Shown: positions 8,274 to 19,631, counted from the stretch's first letter. The stretch is 32,000 bases of DNA from Bermanella sp. WJH001 (GCF_030070105.2 NZ_CP194951.1:1038453-1070452); one strand, 5' to 3'. Translations and numbers: made by a program. The notes: a model not told the origin generated them from the letters alone.

Positions 8274-9666
8274 AATGTTAATCGTTGAGGACGATAGCCA
8301 GTTGCGTGACGCTATTGTTGATACTCTGCAATTACAAAAAATTAAAACCTTTGAAGCCAGTAGTGCTGAAGAGGCCATGCTGTTTTTACAAAAGCAATCG
8401 GTTGATATGATTTTATCCGATATTAGCATGGGGGCATTATCAGGTTTTGATTTACTTAATCATGTTAAAAGCCAATATCCATCCATTCCCATGGTTTTAA
8501 TGACAGCGTTTGGCGAAGTAGAAAAAGCGGTGCAAGCCATTCAACAGGGGGCAATGGATTATTTAGTGAAACCCTTTGAAGTGAGCGTATTGGTTGAAAC
8601 CGTCAATCAGTTTCGTCATCAAACCAGTGACGAGGCAAAAAGTAATGAACCTGTGGCGCAAGATCCTTCAAGTCGTGCATTACTTAAATTGGCGAAGCAA
8701 GTGGCCGATAGTGAAGCCACAGTGTTAATTAGTGGCGAAAGTGGCACAGGCAAAGAAGTGTTAGCACGTTATATTCATCAAAACAGCCCACGTAAGAGTG
8801 GACCTTTTATAGCGATTAATTGTGCTGCGATTCCCGAAAATATGCTTGAGTCCACTTTATTTGGTTATGAAAAAGGCGCGTTTACAGGGGCCTATAACAG
8901 TATGCCAGGTAAATTTGAGCAGGCCCAAGGAGGCACTTTACTGTTAGATGAAATCAGTGAAATGGAAATTGGCTTGCAAGCAAAATTATTACGGGTGCTA
9001 CAAGAGCGCGAAGTTGAACGTTTAGGTGGTCGTAAAACCATTTCATTAGATGTGCGTATATTGGCCACAACTAACCGTAATTTAATGGAATATGTAAATG
9101 AGAAAAAATTCCGCGAAGATTTATATTACCGTTTAAGCGTGTTTCCTTTGCAATGGAAATCCCTGCGTCAACGCTCGCAAGATTTATTACCCATTGCTGA
9201 GCGACTTTTGCATAAACATTGTAAAAAGCAAAATAAGCCCACACTCATATTTGATGAAAGTGCACAACAAAAATTACAACAACATAGCTGGCCCGGTAAT
9301 GTCCGTGAATTAGATAATGTGATTCAACGTGCACTTATTATTCAAACCGGTCATAGCATTACCGCAAGTGATATTGTTTTAAATGTTGATGCTCAGGCAT
9401 CACCTCAGGTGACGCAAAATAACCCATTTGAAGGCTTAGATATGCCCATTTCTCAGGAATCAGTGGCATCAGTTACAAGTCCTGCCGATGGTTTGGGTGA
9501 TAATTTAAAACAGCGTGAATACACGTTGATTTTAGATGCGCTCAAACATGAGAAAAATAAAAAACGTGCCGCAGAAAAACTGGGCATTAGCCCAAGAACA
9601 TTACGTTATAAAATGGCTCAAATGCGTGAGCAAGGTATCGATATTCAATCCAATTTAATGTTCTAA
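8260..9666 (+). CDS. flrC: Sigma-54-dependent response regulator FlrC/FleR
   Basis: REC domain ('MILSDISM' Asp), AAA+ domain with 'GESGTGKE' and GAFTGA, and a C-terminal HTH. The GTG start is preceded by AAGGAG at 8247-8252 and overlaps the flrB stop by 14 nt. Confidence 0.92.
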   Translation: MNPFKMLIVEDDSQLRDAIVDTLQLQKIKTFEASSAEEAMLFLQKQSVDMILSDISMGALSGFDLLNHVKSQYPSIPMVLMTAFGEVEKAVQAIQQGAMDYLVKPFEVSVLVETVNQFRHQTSDEAKSNEPVAQDPSSRALLKLAKQVADSEATVLISGESGTGKEVLARYIHQNSPRKSGPFIAINCAAIPENMLESTLFGYEKGAFTGAYNSMPGKFEQAQGGTLLLDEISEMEIGLQAKLLRVLQEREVERLGGRKTISLDVRILATTNRNLMEYVNEKKFREDLYYRLSVFPLQWKSLRQRSQDLLPIAERLLHKHCKKQNKPTLIFDESAQQKLQQHSWPGNVRELDNVIQRALIIQTGHSITASDIVLNVDAQASPQVTQNNPFEGLDMPISQESVASVTSPADGLGDNLKQREYTLILDALKHEKNKKRAAEKLGISPRTLRYKMAQMREQGIDIQSNLMF

Positions 9667-9690
9667 CAAAGTAGTAAACAAATTTTAAAT

Positions 9691-9706
9691 TGGCCTGTGT
9701 TATGCA
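9691..9706 (+). promoter_or_regulatory. Sigma-54 promoter candidate 1 for fliE
   Basis: TGGCCTGTGTTATGCA has exact GG-N10-GC spacing and a -24 half identical to the fliK promoter (TGGCCT). It lies ~110 nt upstream of the fliE ATG. Confidence 0.55.
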
Positions 9707-9781
9707 ATTAACACTTACGAATGGAAAAAATGTCAGGAAGACGTCTAACAGGGACGTCTAGGCAGGGAAGCTGCCAACGGA

Positions 9782-9797
9782 TGGCATTTTTTTGGCA
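9782..9797 (+). promoter_or_regulatory. Sigma-54 promoter candidate 2 for fliE
   Basis: TGGCATTTTTTTGGCA has exact GG-N10-GC spacing but lies only ~20 nt before the ATG. The transcript would start at about the SD, which argues against it. Confidence 0.35.
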
Positions 9798-9817
9798 GCT
9801 AATGAATGAGGTGAAAC

Positions 9818-10213
9818 ATGGTAGATAGAGCCGATATAAACAGTGTCCTATCCCAATTGCGCCAAGTACGCTCACAAATACAAGAGCCTAATCGTGCAGA
9901 ACTGTCTGCGGCAGACCGCCTAACTGAAGAGGTGGCCAAGCTACAAAATCAAAGTGCAAATTACCCGGATATCAAAGCCGATCCAAATGTGCCTGATTTT
10001 AAAACTATGTTTGGTAATGCCATTAATAATGTGAATGAACAGCAACAAAAAAGTTCAGAGTTACGCACCCGATTCGAAAAAGGTGATCCTATGGTTGATT
10101 TGCCAGAGGTCATGATTGCGGCACAAAAAGCCAGTGTATCCTTTGATGCAATGAAAGAAGTGCGTAATAAATTGGTCGATGCTTACAAAGACATTATGAA
10201 TATGCCGGTATAA
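9818..10213 (+). CDS. fliE: Flagellar hook-basal body protein FliE
   Basis: The C-terminus 'VMIAAQKASVSFDAMKEVRNKLVDAYKDIMNMPV' is the canonical FliE signature. At 131 aa it is ~25-30 aa longer than typical FliE. Confidence 0.9.
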   Translation: MVDRADINSVLSQLRQVRSQIQEPNRAELSAADRLTEEVAKLQNQSANYPDIKADPNVPDFKTMFGNAINNVNEQQQKSSELRTRFEKGDPMVDLPEVMIAAQKASVSFDAMKEVRNKLVDAYKDIMNMPV

Positions 10214-10284
10214 AAATAGGTGTACGTGTTTTGATTTTTGTTCATTTTTTATTTCACAGACAACCGTAGTAAAGGTTACATCTA

Positions 10285-12030
10285 ATGGCCACAGATAACG
10301 TACCGGCAGAGACAGGGGATAACTTTCCCACAGAGTCCGACCCTAATGTAAGTGATTCATCAGAAAGTTTTAATGATTCACTTCCGGATGCCATGGATGC
10401 CAGTGAAATAAACCCAATTATGATGGGCTTTAATAAGCTCACCATCGTACGCCAAGTAGCCTTATTAATTGGCTTTGCAGGTTTATTAGCCTTAGGTATT
10501 GGTGTGGTAATTTGGTCGCAAGAGACTCAATACCGCCCGTTAATTAGTAACCTTGAAGACTTTAACGCAAAAGAAATTCTCGCCATCTTAGATCAAACTG
10601 GCATTGATTATCGCATCAATCCCACCTCAGGCATTGTCACCGTACCCGAAACCGACATTCATGAAGCACGTTTAGCCCTAGCGCCTGTATTAGCAGAAGT
10701 GGATGACAGCGTTGGCCTTGAATTGTTGGATAAAGAACAGGGTTTAGGCACCAGTCAATTCATTGAAAGCGCTCGCTACCGTCGTGGTTTAGAAGGTGAA
10801 TTAGCGCGTACCATTGCAAGTTTACAAAGTGTGCGTAATGCCAGAGTGCATTTGGCATTGCCTAAGCAATCGGTTTTTGTGCGAGATGACCGAGAACCAA
10901 GGGCCTCTGTATTTTTAGAAATATACGGTGGAAAAGGTTTAAAGCAAGCGCAGGCAGAGGCCATCATAAATTTAGTGGCCAGCAGTATTCCTGAGTTACC
11001 GGTTGAGAATGTGACGCTTGTAGATCAGAAAGGAAACTTACTAAGTAAAGATGATAAATCCACAGAGGACTTATTAGCCGCTAAACAATATGAATTTACC
11101 CGCAAACTGGAAGACAATTTAAATCAACGTGTGCAGCGCATTTTAGAACCCGTATTAGGCGCGGATAACTTCCAAGCGGAAGTCAGTGCTGATTTAGACT
11201 TTACCGCCGTTGAGCAAACACAAGAACTTTACAACCCTGATTTAATCGCTTTACGCAGTGAGCAAACCTTAGACGAAGAAAGTCTAAACAAGGTCGACGG
11301 TGGTGTCCCAGGAGCATTATCAAACCAACCGCCGGGGGCTGCAGAGGCACCAGAGGTGGCAAACGGTGGTGAACAAGGTCAAGGTCAACCGATTGAGCGT
11401 CGCAGTGAAGCCACACGTAACTATGAAGTTGACCGGACTTTGAGTCATACTCAACATCAGGTGGGCAAGGTACGCCGCGTAACGGTGTCGGTAGCGGTCA
11501 ATGATCGTGCGCGAATGAACCCTCAAACCGGTGTAACTGAGGCCGTCACTTGGAGTCAAGAAGAGCTAACACGTCTTGAGTTACTGGTGAAAGATGCGGT
11601 GGGTTTCAACGCCGCTCGTGGTGATAGTGTCAGTGTCATCAATAGTGCTTTCTTAGGTGGACCACAAGAACTGGGAGAACCTGATTTCTGGCGTCAGCCT
11701 TGGTTCTGGGAAATTGTGAAACAAGTGTTGGCCGGTATATTCTTGTTGATCGTGATCTTTGGTGTGATTCGTCCGATTGTTCGTAATCTTATTGAACGCG
11801 GCAAAATGGATGAAAACGCAGAAATCGAAGGCGAATTGGATGAGCTTGGAAATGGTGATGATTTATTTGGCGATGATAAAGTCACGTTAGCCGGTGCCGA
11901 TGAGTTCTTATTGCCTGGGGCAAGCGAAGGATTTGAACGTCAACTTGATGCGCTTAAAGGGTTAATTGCAGAAGATCCAGCTAGGGTGGCGCAAGCATTT
12001 AAGAAATGGGTGAACAATGCCGAAGGATGA
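10285..12030 (+). CDS. fliF: Flagellar MS-ring protein FliF
   Basis: 581 aa, with TM segments near residues 55-77 and 470-495, the conserved 'RYRRGLEGELARTI' and 'ARVHLALPKQSVFV' motifs, and synteny. Confidence 0.95.
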   Translation: MATDNVPAETGDNFPTESDPNVSDSSESFNDSLPDAMDASEINPIMMGFNKLTIVRQVALLIGFAGLLALGIGVVIWSQETQYRPLISNLEDFNAKEILAILDQTGIDYRINPTSGIVTVPETDIHEARLALAPVLAEVDDSVGLELLDKEQGLGTSQFIESARYRRGLEGELARTIASLQSVRNARVHLALPKQSVFVRDDREPRASVFLEIYGGKGLKQAQAEAIINLVASSIPELPVENVTLVDQKGNLLSKDDKSTEDLLAAKQYEFTRKLEDNLNQRVQRILEPVLGADNFQAEVSADLDFTAVEQTQELYNPDLIALRSEQTLDEESLNKVDGGVPGALSNQPPGAAEAPEVANGGEQGQGQPIERRSEATRNYEVDRTLSHTQHQVGKVRRVTVSVAVNDRARMNPQTGVTEAVTWSQEELTRLELLVKDAVGFNAARGDSVSVINSAFLGGPQELGEPDFWRQPWFWEIVKQVLAGIFLLIVIFGVIRPIVRNLIERGKMDENAEIEGELDELGNGDDLFGDDKVTLAGADEFLLPGASEGFERQLDALKGLIAEDPARVAQAFKKWVNNAEG

Positions 12031-13075
12031 ACAAACTCCACCAACTGACGTTGCTAAAGCAAAGCCAAAAGGTGAGCTTTCAAGTTTAGATCATAAAGAG
12101 CGCGCGGCGATTCTTCTTATGAGCTTAGGTGAAAAAGATGCAGCGGAGCTGTTAAAACACTTAGGGCCAAAAGAAGTGCAAGCAGTGGGCGCAACCATGG
12201 CCCAGTTAAAAGATATTACTCAGTCACAAGTTGAGGGTGTGGTAGCTGAGTTTTTAGATAGTCTTTCTGGTCAAACCGGTTTAGGCCTAGGTGCAGACGA
12301 ATACATTCGTAACATGCTGACCCAGGCGTTAGGTTCAGATAAGGCCGGTGGTTTAATAGACCGTATTTTATTAGGCGGTAATACCACAGGTCTTGATACA
12401 TTAAAGTGGATGGAAAGCCGAGCGGTTGCTGATGTTATTAGGCACGAGCATCCACAAATTCAAGCCATTGTTATCGCCTATTTAGAGAGTGATCAAGCGG
12501 CAGAGATTCTTTATAACTTTGATGAAAAAGTCCGATTAGACATCATGATGCGAGTGGCATCATTACAAGCCGTGCAACCCGCTGCCCTGCAAGAATTAAA
12601 CGATATTCTTGAAAAACAATTCTCCGGTAATCAAGGTCAGCAAACCACTGCAATGGGTGGTGTGAAAGTATCGGCTGGCATTATTAATAATCTAGATAGT
12701 ACTTTAAGTGGTGAACTACTCGATCAAATTAAAGAAGTGGACGAAGAGCTTGGGGTACAAATACAAGACCTTATGTTCGTGTTTGAAAATCTTAATGAAG
12801 TGGACGACCGTGGTATTCAAGTGCTTCTACGGGAAGTGTCTGGTGATCTGTTAACCATTGCACTCAAAGGTGCTGATGAAGACCTTAAAGAGAAAATATT
12901 CCGCAATATGTCAAAACGTGCAGCCGAACTATTGCGTGATGACCTTGAAGCGAAAGGTCCGGTTAAAGTCAGTGAAGTTGAAGGTGCACAAAAAGAAATT
13001 CTCGCCATTGCACGGCGCATGGCAGATGCAGGCGAAATTGTTCTAGGTGGTGCCGGCGGCGAGCAAATGCTTTAG
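12017..13075 (+). CDS. fliG: Flagellar motor switch protein FliG
   Basis: 'ERAAILLMSLGE', 'HPQIQAIVIAYL' and 'MFVFENL' motifs. It overlaps fliF by 14 nt. Confidence 0.95.
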   Translation: MPKDEQTPPTDVAKAKPKGELSSLDHKERAAILLMSLGEKDAAELLKHLGPKEVQAVGATMAQLKDITQSQVEGVVAEFLDSLSGQTGLGLGADEYIRNMLTQALGSDKAGGLIDRILLGGNTTGLDTLKWMESRAVADVIRHEHPQIQAIVIAYLESDQAAEILYNFDEKVRLDIMMRVASLQAVQPAALQELNDILEKQFSGNQGQQTTAMGGVKVSAGIINNLDSTLSGELLDQIKEVDEELGVQIQDLMFVFENLNEVDDRGIQVLLREVSGDLLTIALKGADEDLKEKIFRNMSKRAAELLRDDLEAKGPVKVSEVEGAQKEILAIARRMADAGEIVLGGAGGEQML

Positions 13076-13124
13076 GGTTAGACAAAAGGCATTTTTATGA
13101 AATTGTTTTTAGAGTGCAGTCAAC

Positions 13125-14409
<1,285 letters not shown>

Positions 14410-14420
<11 letters not shown>

Positions 14421-15771
14421 ATCCTTAAATTGGCTAAAACAAACAGGTGAGTATCAATGTCAGCCAGTGGTATCGGGGCAATTAACCAGAATGGTTGGCC
14501 TGACAATGGAAGCGGTTGGCTGCAAAGTAAAAGTAGGGGATCGTTGCTGGGTCGAACAAGGGCGAGAAAATATCGAAGCAGAAGTGGTGGGGTTTGACCG
14601 CGAAAAATTCTTTTTAATGCCAATCGAACCGGTGCAAGGTTTATCACCCGGAGCAAAAGTCACCCCGATTCTTGATGGCGATCAAATTCCCGCAGGGTTT
14701 GGTTTATTAGGACGCGTTTTAAATGGCGCAGGAAGGCCGCTTGATGGTCTTGGTGATATTGTCAGTAATGAATACATCAGCCTTGAAGGCAAAATCATCA
14801 ACCCTATGCAGCGTGCCCCCATACGCGAAACCATGGATGTGGGAATACGGGCCATCAATGCACTTTTAACCGTGGGGCGTGGTCAACGCATGGGATTATT
14901 TGCAGGCTCTGGTGTGGGTAAAAGTATGTTACTGGGTATGATGACCCGCTTTACCACCGCCGACATTGTAGTCGTGGGTTTGGTGGGGGAGCGTGGCCGA
15001 GAAGTACAAGAATTCATTCAAGATATACATGGTGAAGAAGGCTTAAAGCGCGCAGTGGTTGTAGCCAGCCCTGCTGATGACTCCCCTATCATGCGTATGC
15101 GTGCCGCCTCATTAAGCACCGCGATAGCGGAATATTTTCGTGATGAAGGCAAAGATGTTTTATTGTTAATGGACAGTTTAACTCGTTATGGCCAAGCACA
15201 ACGGGAAGTGGCATTAGCGGTGGGTGAACCCCCAGCCACAAAAGGGTATCCACCTTCTGTATTTGCTAAAATTCCTAAATTAGTTGAGCGAACTGGCAAT
15301 GGGCCACCAGGTGGTGGCTCAATTACCGCATTTTATACGGTGCTCACAGAAGGCGATGACCTGCAAGACCCCATTGCCGATTCGGCGCGGGCGATACTAG
15401 ATGGTCACGTGGTATTAAGTCGCCGTTTAGCAGAAGAAGGCCAATACCCAGCCATTGATGTGGAGGCATCCATTAGCCGAGCCATGCCACAAATTGTAGA
15501 TGCTGTGACCTTGAAATCAGCTCAGCGATTTAAGTACCTCTATAGCTTGTATCAACAAAACAAAGATTTAATCAGCGTGGGTGCCTATAACCCAGGAAGC
15601 AACCCAGAGCTAGATCTAGCTGTGCGATTGAATCCCGTGATGAAAGCCTATTTGGCCCAAGACTTAAATCAATCACTGAGCCTTAAAGAGAGTATGGAAG
15701 GCTTAACCATGATATTAAACGAAGCATTAGGACGGCGAGCTGAACCACAAGGAGCACCTGAAGCGCAATGA
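14410..15771 (+). CDS. fliI: Flagellum-specific ATPase FliI
   Basis: Walker A 'GSGVGKS', Walker B 'VLLLMDSLTR' and F1-ATPase-like sequence throughout. The ORF opens at 14383. The ATGs at 14401, 14404 and 14410 follow AAGGA at 14396-14400, so the exact start is uncertain. It overlaps the fliH 3' end. Confidence 0.93.
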
Positions 15772-16217
15772 GTCGTGAACGTGCCAAACGATTAAAACCC
15801 CTTGTTCAGATTGCACAAAATGCCGTGAATGAAGCCCTTTCATACATTGGTGCACTGCAACAAAAGCTGCGCAGTGAAGAAGAGAAAAGTCAGACCCTAT
15901 TAGGGTATCAGCAAGACTACCGAGTCAATTTTCAAAACCAAGCCAGCATCAAGGTATCCGGATTACAGATTCAACAATTTGAATCATTTATGCACCAAAT
16001 AGACGATGCCATTGCCCAGCAAAACAACCACATCTTCCAAGTAAAAGAACAACTCAAAAAAGCACAGGGCATTTATCAAACCCTCAACCAAAAATTAAAG
16101 AGTTATGAAAAGTTAGAAACTCGACTTAATGATCAGGCAATAGCGTCAGAAAACCAACAGATGCAGAAATTTTTAGATGAAATTGGTGCACAACTTCATC
16201 GTCTTCATAGCTCATAA
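15768..16217 (+). CDS. fliJ: Flagellar export chaperone FliJ
   Basis: 149-aa coiled-coil protein with an ATGA overlap to the fliI stop, and synteny. Confidence 0.85.
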   Translation: MSRERAKRLKPLVQIAQNAVNEALSYIGALQQKLRSEEEKSQTLLGYQQDYRVNFQNQASIKVSGLQIQQFESFMHQIDDAIAQQNNHIFQVKEQLKKAQGIYQTLNQKLKSYEKLETRLNDQAIASENQQMQKFLDEIGAQLHRLHSS

Positions 16218-16307
16218 TTATTAACAAAAAAAACTTTCTGCCGCCCCCAACATTCCATGTATTACCGTCTAACATTATCAATAAATGAGCTAAAGGCTGT
16301 ACACATC

Positions 16308-16589
16308 ATGGAAATGGATAAGATTGACTTGGGTACGCGCTGTACCATAGTCAAAGCAGAGGAACTGCACGGGCAAATGGAAGGCTTGATTCAATCTGGC
16401 AATGACATCGAAATACAATCTGCTGGTATCGAGCAAATTGACACATCTGCTTTACAACTTCTTCTTAGTTTTCATCAAGCATTGGCTAAAGATAACCGAA
16501 AATTATCTTGGCCAAATCCATCAGAGCAAACAGTTGCCACAGCTAAGCTATTGGGTGTTGATGAATATATTGGATTAAGTGGACACTAA
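16308..16589 (+). CDS. Small STAS-domain protein (anti-sigma-antagonist fold), first gene of the chemosensory insert
   Basis: 'IEQIDTSALQLLLSFHQAL' matches the STAS 'D-S/T-S-x-L' helix motif. The ORF opens at 16257, and the ATG at 16308 gives a ~93-aa protein typical of single-domain STAS proteins. Confidence 0.7.
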   Translation: MEMDKIDLGTRCTIVKAEELHGQMEGLIQSGNDIEIQSAGIEQIDTSALQLLLSFHQALAKDNRKLSWPNPSEQTVATAKLLGVDEYIGLSGH

Positions 16590-16605
16590 TTCGGGAGAGC
16601 AATTT

Positions 16606-16968
16606 ATGGCAAAAATATTAGCAGTAGATGATTCAGCTTCCATGCGACAAATGGTGAGTTTTACCCTAAAAGGTGCTGGCCATGATGTGATTGAAGCCAG
16701 TGATGGTGTAGAGGCATTAAACTTTGCAAAAGGGCAAGGTGTCGACCTTGTGCTAAGTGATGTCAATATGCCAAACATGAATGGTATTGAGTTATGCCGT
16801 AATTTACGCGAATTACCAAGCTATAAATTCACGCCAATCTTAATGTTAACCACCGAGTCAGCTGGCGATAAAAAAATGGAAGGTAAAAGCGCAGGAGCGA
16901 CAGGTTGGATCGTTAAACCGTTTAATCCTGATCAGTTGCTTACGACCATCAAGAAAGTATTGGGATAA
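16606..16968 (+). CDS. cheY: CheY-like single-domain response regulator
   Basis: 'KILAVDDSASMR', 'LVLSDVNMPNMNG', 'MLTTES' and 'GWIVKPF' are the CheY signature residues. GGGAGAG lies upstream of the ATG at 16606; the ORF track's GTG at 16579 is unlikely. Confidence 0.9.
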   Translation: MAKILAVDDSASMRQMVSFTLKGAGHDVIEASDGVEALNFAKGQGVDLVLSDVNMPNMNGIELCRNLRELPSYKFTPILMLTTESAGDKKMEGKSAGATGWIVKPFNPDQLLTTIKKVLG

Positions 16969-16971
16969 ATC

Positions 16972-19113
16972 ATGAGTATTGATCTTAGTCAGTTCCACCA
17001 AGTATTTTACGAAGAGAGTTATGAAGGCCTTGATGCAATGGAGCAAGGCTTACTTGACTTAGACTTGGTAGAACCGGACGCTGAAGTCATCAATACTATT
17101 TTTCGTGCAGCGCATTCAATGAAAGGCGGTGCAGGCACCTTTGGTTTTACCCAGGTGGCTGATTTTACTCATGTGCTAGAAACGCTACTTGACCAAATAC
17201 GCAGCGGTCAACGGGCCATGAGCCAAGACATTCAAAACTTGTTACTCAAAAGTGTCGATTGCATAAGAGGTTTATTACAAGACCTACAAGCGAGTAATGA
17301 TCCTGATCTTGAAGAAAGCAAGGTCCTAAAGGCGCAATTTGAAGCCATATTAAATGGCGAGGCCCCATCAGTTGTCGAGCCTCCACAGCCCCCATCCGAT
17401 ATCCCAAAAGCTGAAAAAAATAGTGAAGCTGGCGGCTGGCATATTCGATTTATACCTGAACTGTCTATCTTACAAACCGGTAACGAACCCACACGAATGT
17501 TCCGTCAACTTGCAGACCTATGTGATAGCAATATGCAAGTGATTGCCGGTACCGAACGGGTGCCTGAATTTACCAGTTTGGACCCTGAACTGTGTTATTT
17601 AACATGGGATATTCGAATTGAAAAATCCATTTCAAAAGCAGACATAGAAGAAGTTTTTGAATGGGTAGCAGATGATGCCGAAATCATTATTACGCCGTTA
17701 TCAGGCAGTGTTAATGAATCAACCGACACAACAGCAGAAAAACAAACGGCAGAGCCCGACGTTACAGAAGTAGGCATGACAGAACCAGAAGTGGCTGAAT
17801 TGGCACCTGTTACACCACAAACCACAGCGTCATCTAAAACAGAAGCAGCTGTTTCAAAAACGGTAGAGAATCCAGCAAAACCTCAAGCTAAGGCCGCACC
17901 TAAGACGCAAGAGAGTTCATCTATCCGCGTGAGTATCGATAAGGTAGATAGCTTAATTAATATGGTGGGGGAATTAGTCATAACCCAATCTATGTTAGGA
18001 CAGCTTGGGCAAAACTTTGATATTACTCGTGTTCAGCGCTTACAAGAGGGCTTGGCACAACTTGAACATAACACTCGTGAGTTACAAGAAAGTGTTATGA
18101 AAATTCGTATGATGCCAATTAGTTTTGTCTTCAGTCGTTTTCCTCGTTTAGTTCGTGATGTGAGTATCTCTTTAGATAAAAAAATAGAACTGCTTATGTC
18201 TGGTGAAAATACCGAGCTTGATAAGACCGTAATGGAGAAAATTGGTGACCCAATGGTTCACTTGATTCGTAATTCCATTGACCATGGTATCGAAATGCCC
18301 GCAGATAGAATAGCGGCAGGTAAGCCAGAAACAGGCACCGTAAAATTAGATGCTTATCATCAAAGTGGCAATATTGTCATTGAAATTAAAGACGACGGTG
18401 CGGGCCTCAATACAGATCGAATTTTAACAAAAGCCATGGAAAAAGGTTTGGTTGCCGAAGGTGCAAATTTAAGTCAAGAACAGATATTCGACCTAATTTT
18501 TCAACCTGGTTTTTCAACGGCGGATGTTGTCAGTGATTTATCGGGCCGTGGCGTAGGCATGGATGTGGTGCGCAGAAACATTGCAGCTTTAAATGGCTCA
18601 ATTGAAGTGTCATCGGAGCGTGGGCGCGGTTCTCGCTTTGTCATAAGGCTGCCTCTGACCTTGGCAATTCTAGATGGACAACTGGTCAAAGTTGGAGAAG
18701 AAATTTATATCTTCCCACTGGTGAGCATTGTGGAATCGATCCAGTTAGATGATCGCGCAATCAATCATGTTGGTGGGCACAGCGATGTTCTGCAACTGCG
18801 CGATGAGTATGTGCCGATTGTTGAGCTTGACGAAGTATTTAATATTGATAAAGAAAAACGATCCATCGAAGAAAGCATTATTGTGGTGGTTGAAACAGAT
18901 GGTGAAAAAATCGGCGTTGTGGTGGATGAGTTGTTAGGGCAACAGCAAGTGGTTATCAAAAGCTTAGAAGAAAACTACAAGCGAGTAGATGGTATTTCAG
19001 GTGCGACCATACTAGGTGATGGAACAGTCGCATTAATTGTCGATGTGAGCAGCTTGTCAAAAATGAGCGGTGCATCATCTAGAATAATTGACGGTGGCCA
19101 TAAAGCCGCATAA
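16972..19113 (+). CDS. cheA: Chemotaxis histidine kinase CheA
   Basis: P1 Hpt 'AAHSMKGGAGTFG', P3 'IRVSIDKVDSLINMVGELVI', P4 N-box 'HLIRNSIDHGIE', G1 'DDGAGL', G2 'GRGVGMD', and a C-terminal CheW-like P5. Confidence 0.95.
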   Translation: MSIDLSQFHQVFYEESYEGLDAMEQGLLDLDLVEPDAEVINTIFRAAHSMKGGAGTFGFTQVADFTHVLETLLDQIRSGQRAMSQDIQNLLLKSVDCIRGLLQDLQASNDPDLEESKVLKAQFEAILNGEAPSVVEPPQPPSDIPKAEKNSEAGGWHIRFIPELSILQTGNEPTRMFRQLADLCDSNMQVIAGTERVPEFTSLDPELCYLTWDIRIEKSISKADIEEVFEWVADDAEIIITPLSGSVNESTDTTAEKQTAEPDVTEVGMTEPEVAELAPVTPQTTASSKTEAAVSKTVENPAKPQAKAAPKTQESSSIRVSIDKVDSLINMVGELVITQSMLGQLGQNFDITRVQRLQEGLAQLEHNTRELQESVMKIRMMPISFVFSRFPRLVRDVSISLDKKIELLMSGENTELDKTVMEKIGDPMVHLIRNSIDHGIEMPADRIAAGKPETGTVKLDAYHQSGNIVIEIKDDGAGLNTDRILTKAMEKGLVAEGANLSQEQIFDLIFQPGFSTADVVSDLSGRGVGMDVVRRNIAALNGSIEVSSERGRGSRFVIRLPLTLAILDGQLVKVGEEIYIFPLVSIVESIQLDDRAINHVGGHSDVLQLRDEYVPIVELDEVFNIDKEKRSIEESIIVVVETDGEKIGVVVDELLGQQQVVIKSLEENYKRVDGISGATILGDGTVALIVDVSSLSKMSGASSRIIDGGHKAA

Positions 19114-19619
19114 TGGAAGCCGATGCTATGACTGCAGTTAGTGAAATGGAAGAAAGTCAAAAAATTGGATCGGAAGACGGTGTTTTAACCGAGCAGTATC
19201 TGACTTTTATAATGGCTGATGAAGAATATGGTGTTGATATTCTTGCCGTTCAAGAAATTAGGGGTTGGGAGTCTGCGACCCCAGTACCTAACAGTCCAAA
19301 TTATTTAAAGGGGGTCATAAATTTACGCGGCACAATTGTCCCGATTATGGATTTACGCTTACGATTTGATCTTCCTAAGATTGAATACGGAGAAGAAACC
19401 GTTGTCGTTGTTTTAAAGATATTCACATCAACCGGAACTCGGACAATGGGAATAATTGTTGATGCCATAAGTGATGTCTATGACGTACCCATTGGTGAAG
19501 CAAAAAACAAAGGACTTGGTGATAACCAGAATTCAAATTTTATAAAAGGATTGGTAACCGTGAAAAAAAACATGGTGATTCTATTAGAACTTGAAAATCT
19601 TTTAACGATTGATGATTAG
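19113..19619 (+). CDS. cheW: Coupling protein CheW
   Basis: 'YLTFIMADEEYGVDILAVQEIR' and 'GVINLRGTIVPIMDLR' are the CheW signature. It overlaps the cheA stop by 1 nt. Confidence 0.92.
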   Translation: MEADAMTAVSEMEESQKIGSEDGVLTEQYLTFIMADEEYGVDILAVQEIRGWESATPVPNSPNYLKGVINLRGTIVPIMDLRLRFDLPKIEYGEETVVVVLKIFTSTGTRTMGIIVDAISDVYDVPIGEAKNKGLGDNQNSNFIKGLVTVKKNMVILLELENLLTIDD

Positions 19620-19631
19620 GTGGAAATAAAA

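Noticed and set aside
8685-8711. Strong sigma-28-like motif TAAA-N15-GCCGATAG inside flrC
   Set aside because: It is inside a coding region. My rough estimate is that one such near-match could occur by chance in a window of this size (order 0.1-0.3 expected). It would only be worth revisiting if 5'-end mapping shows a start near 8718.
9770-9799. Inverted repeat GCTGCCA...TGGCAGC as a terminator for flrC
   Set aside because: The loop is 16 nt and the T-run is inside the loop rather than after the stem. It lies 100 nt past the flrC stop and overlaps a promoter-like motif, so I list it as an observation rather than a terminator.
16289-16294. CTAAAG (sigma-28 -35-like) upstream of STAS-1 as an internal promoter for the insert
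   Set aside because: No GCCGATAA-like -10 follows at the right spacing, and it lies only ~14 nt before the likely ATG at 16308.
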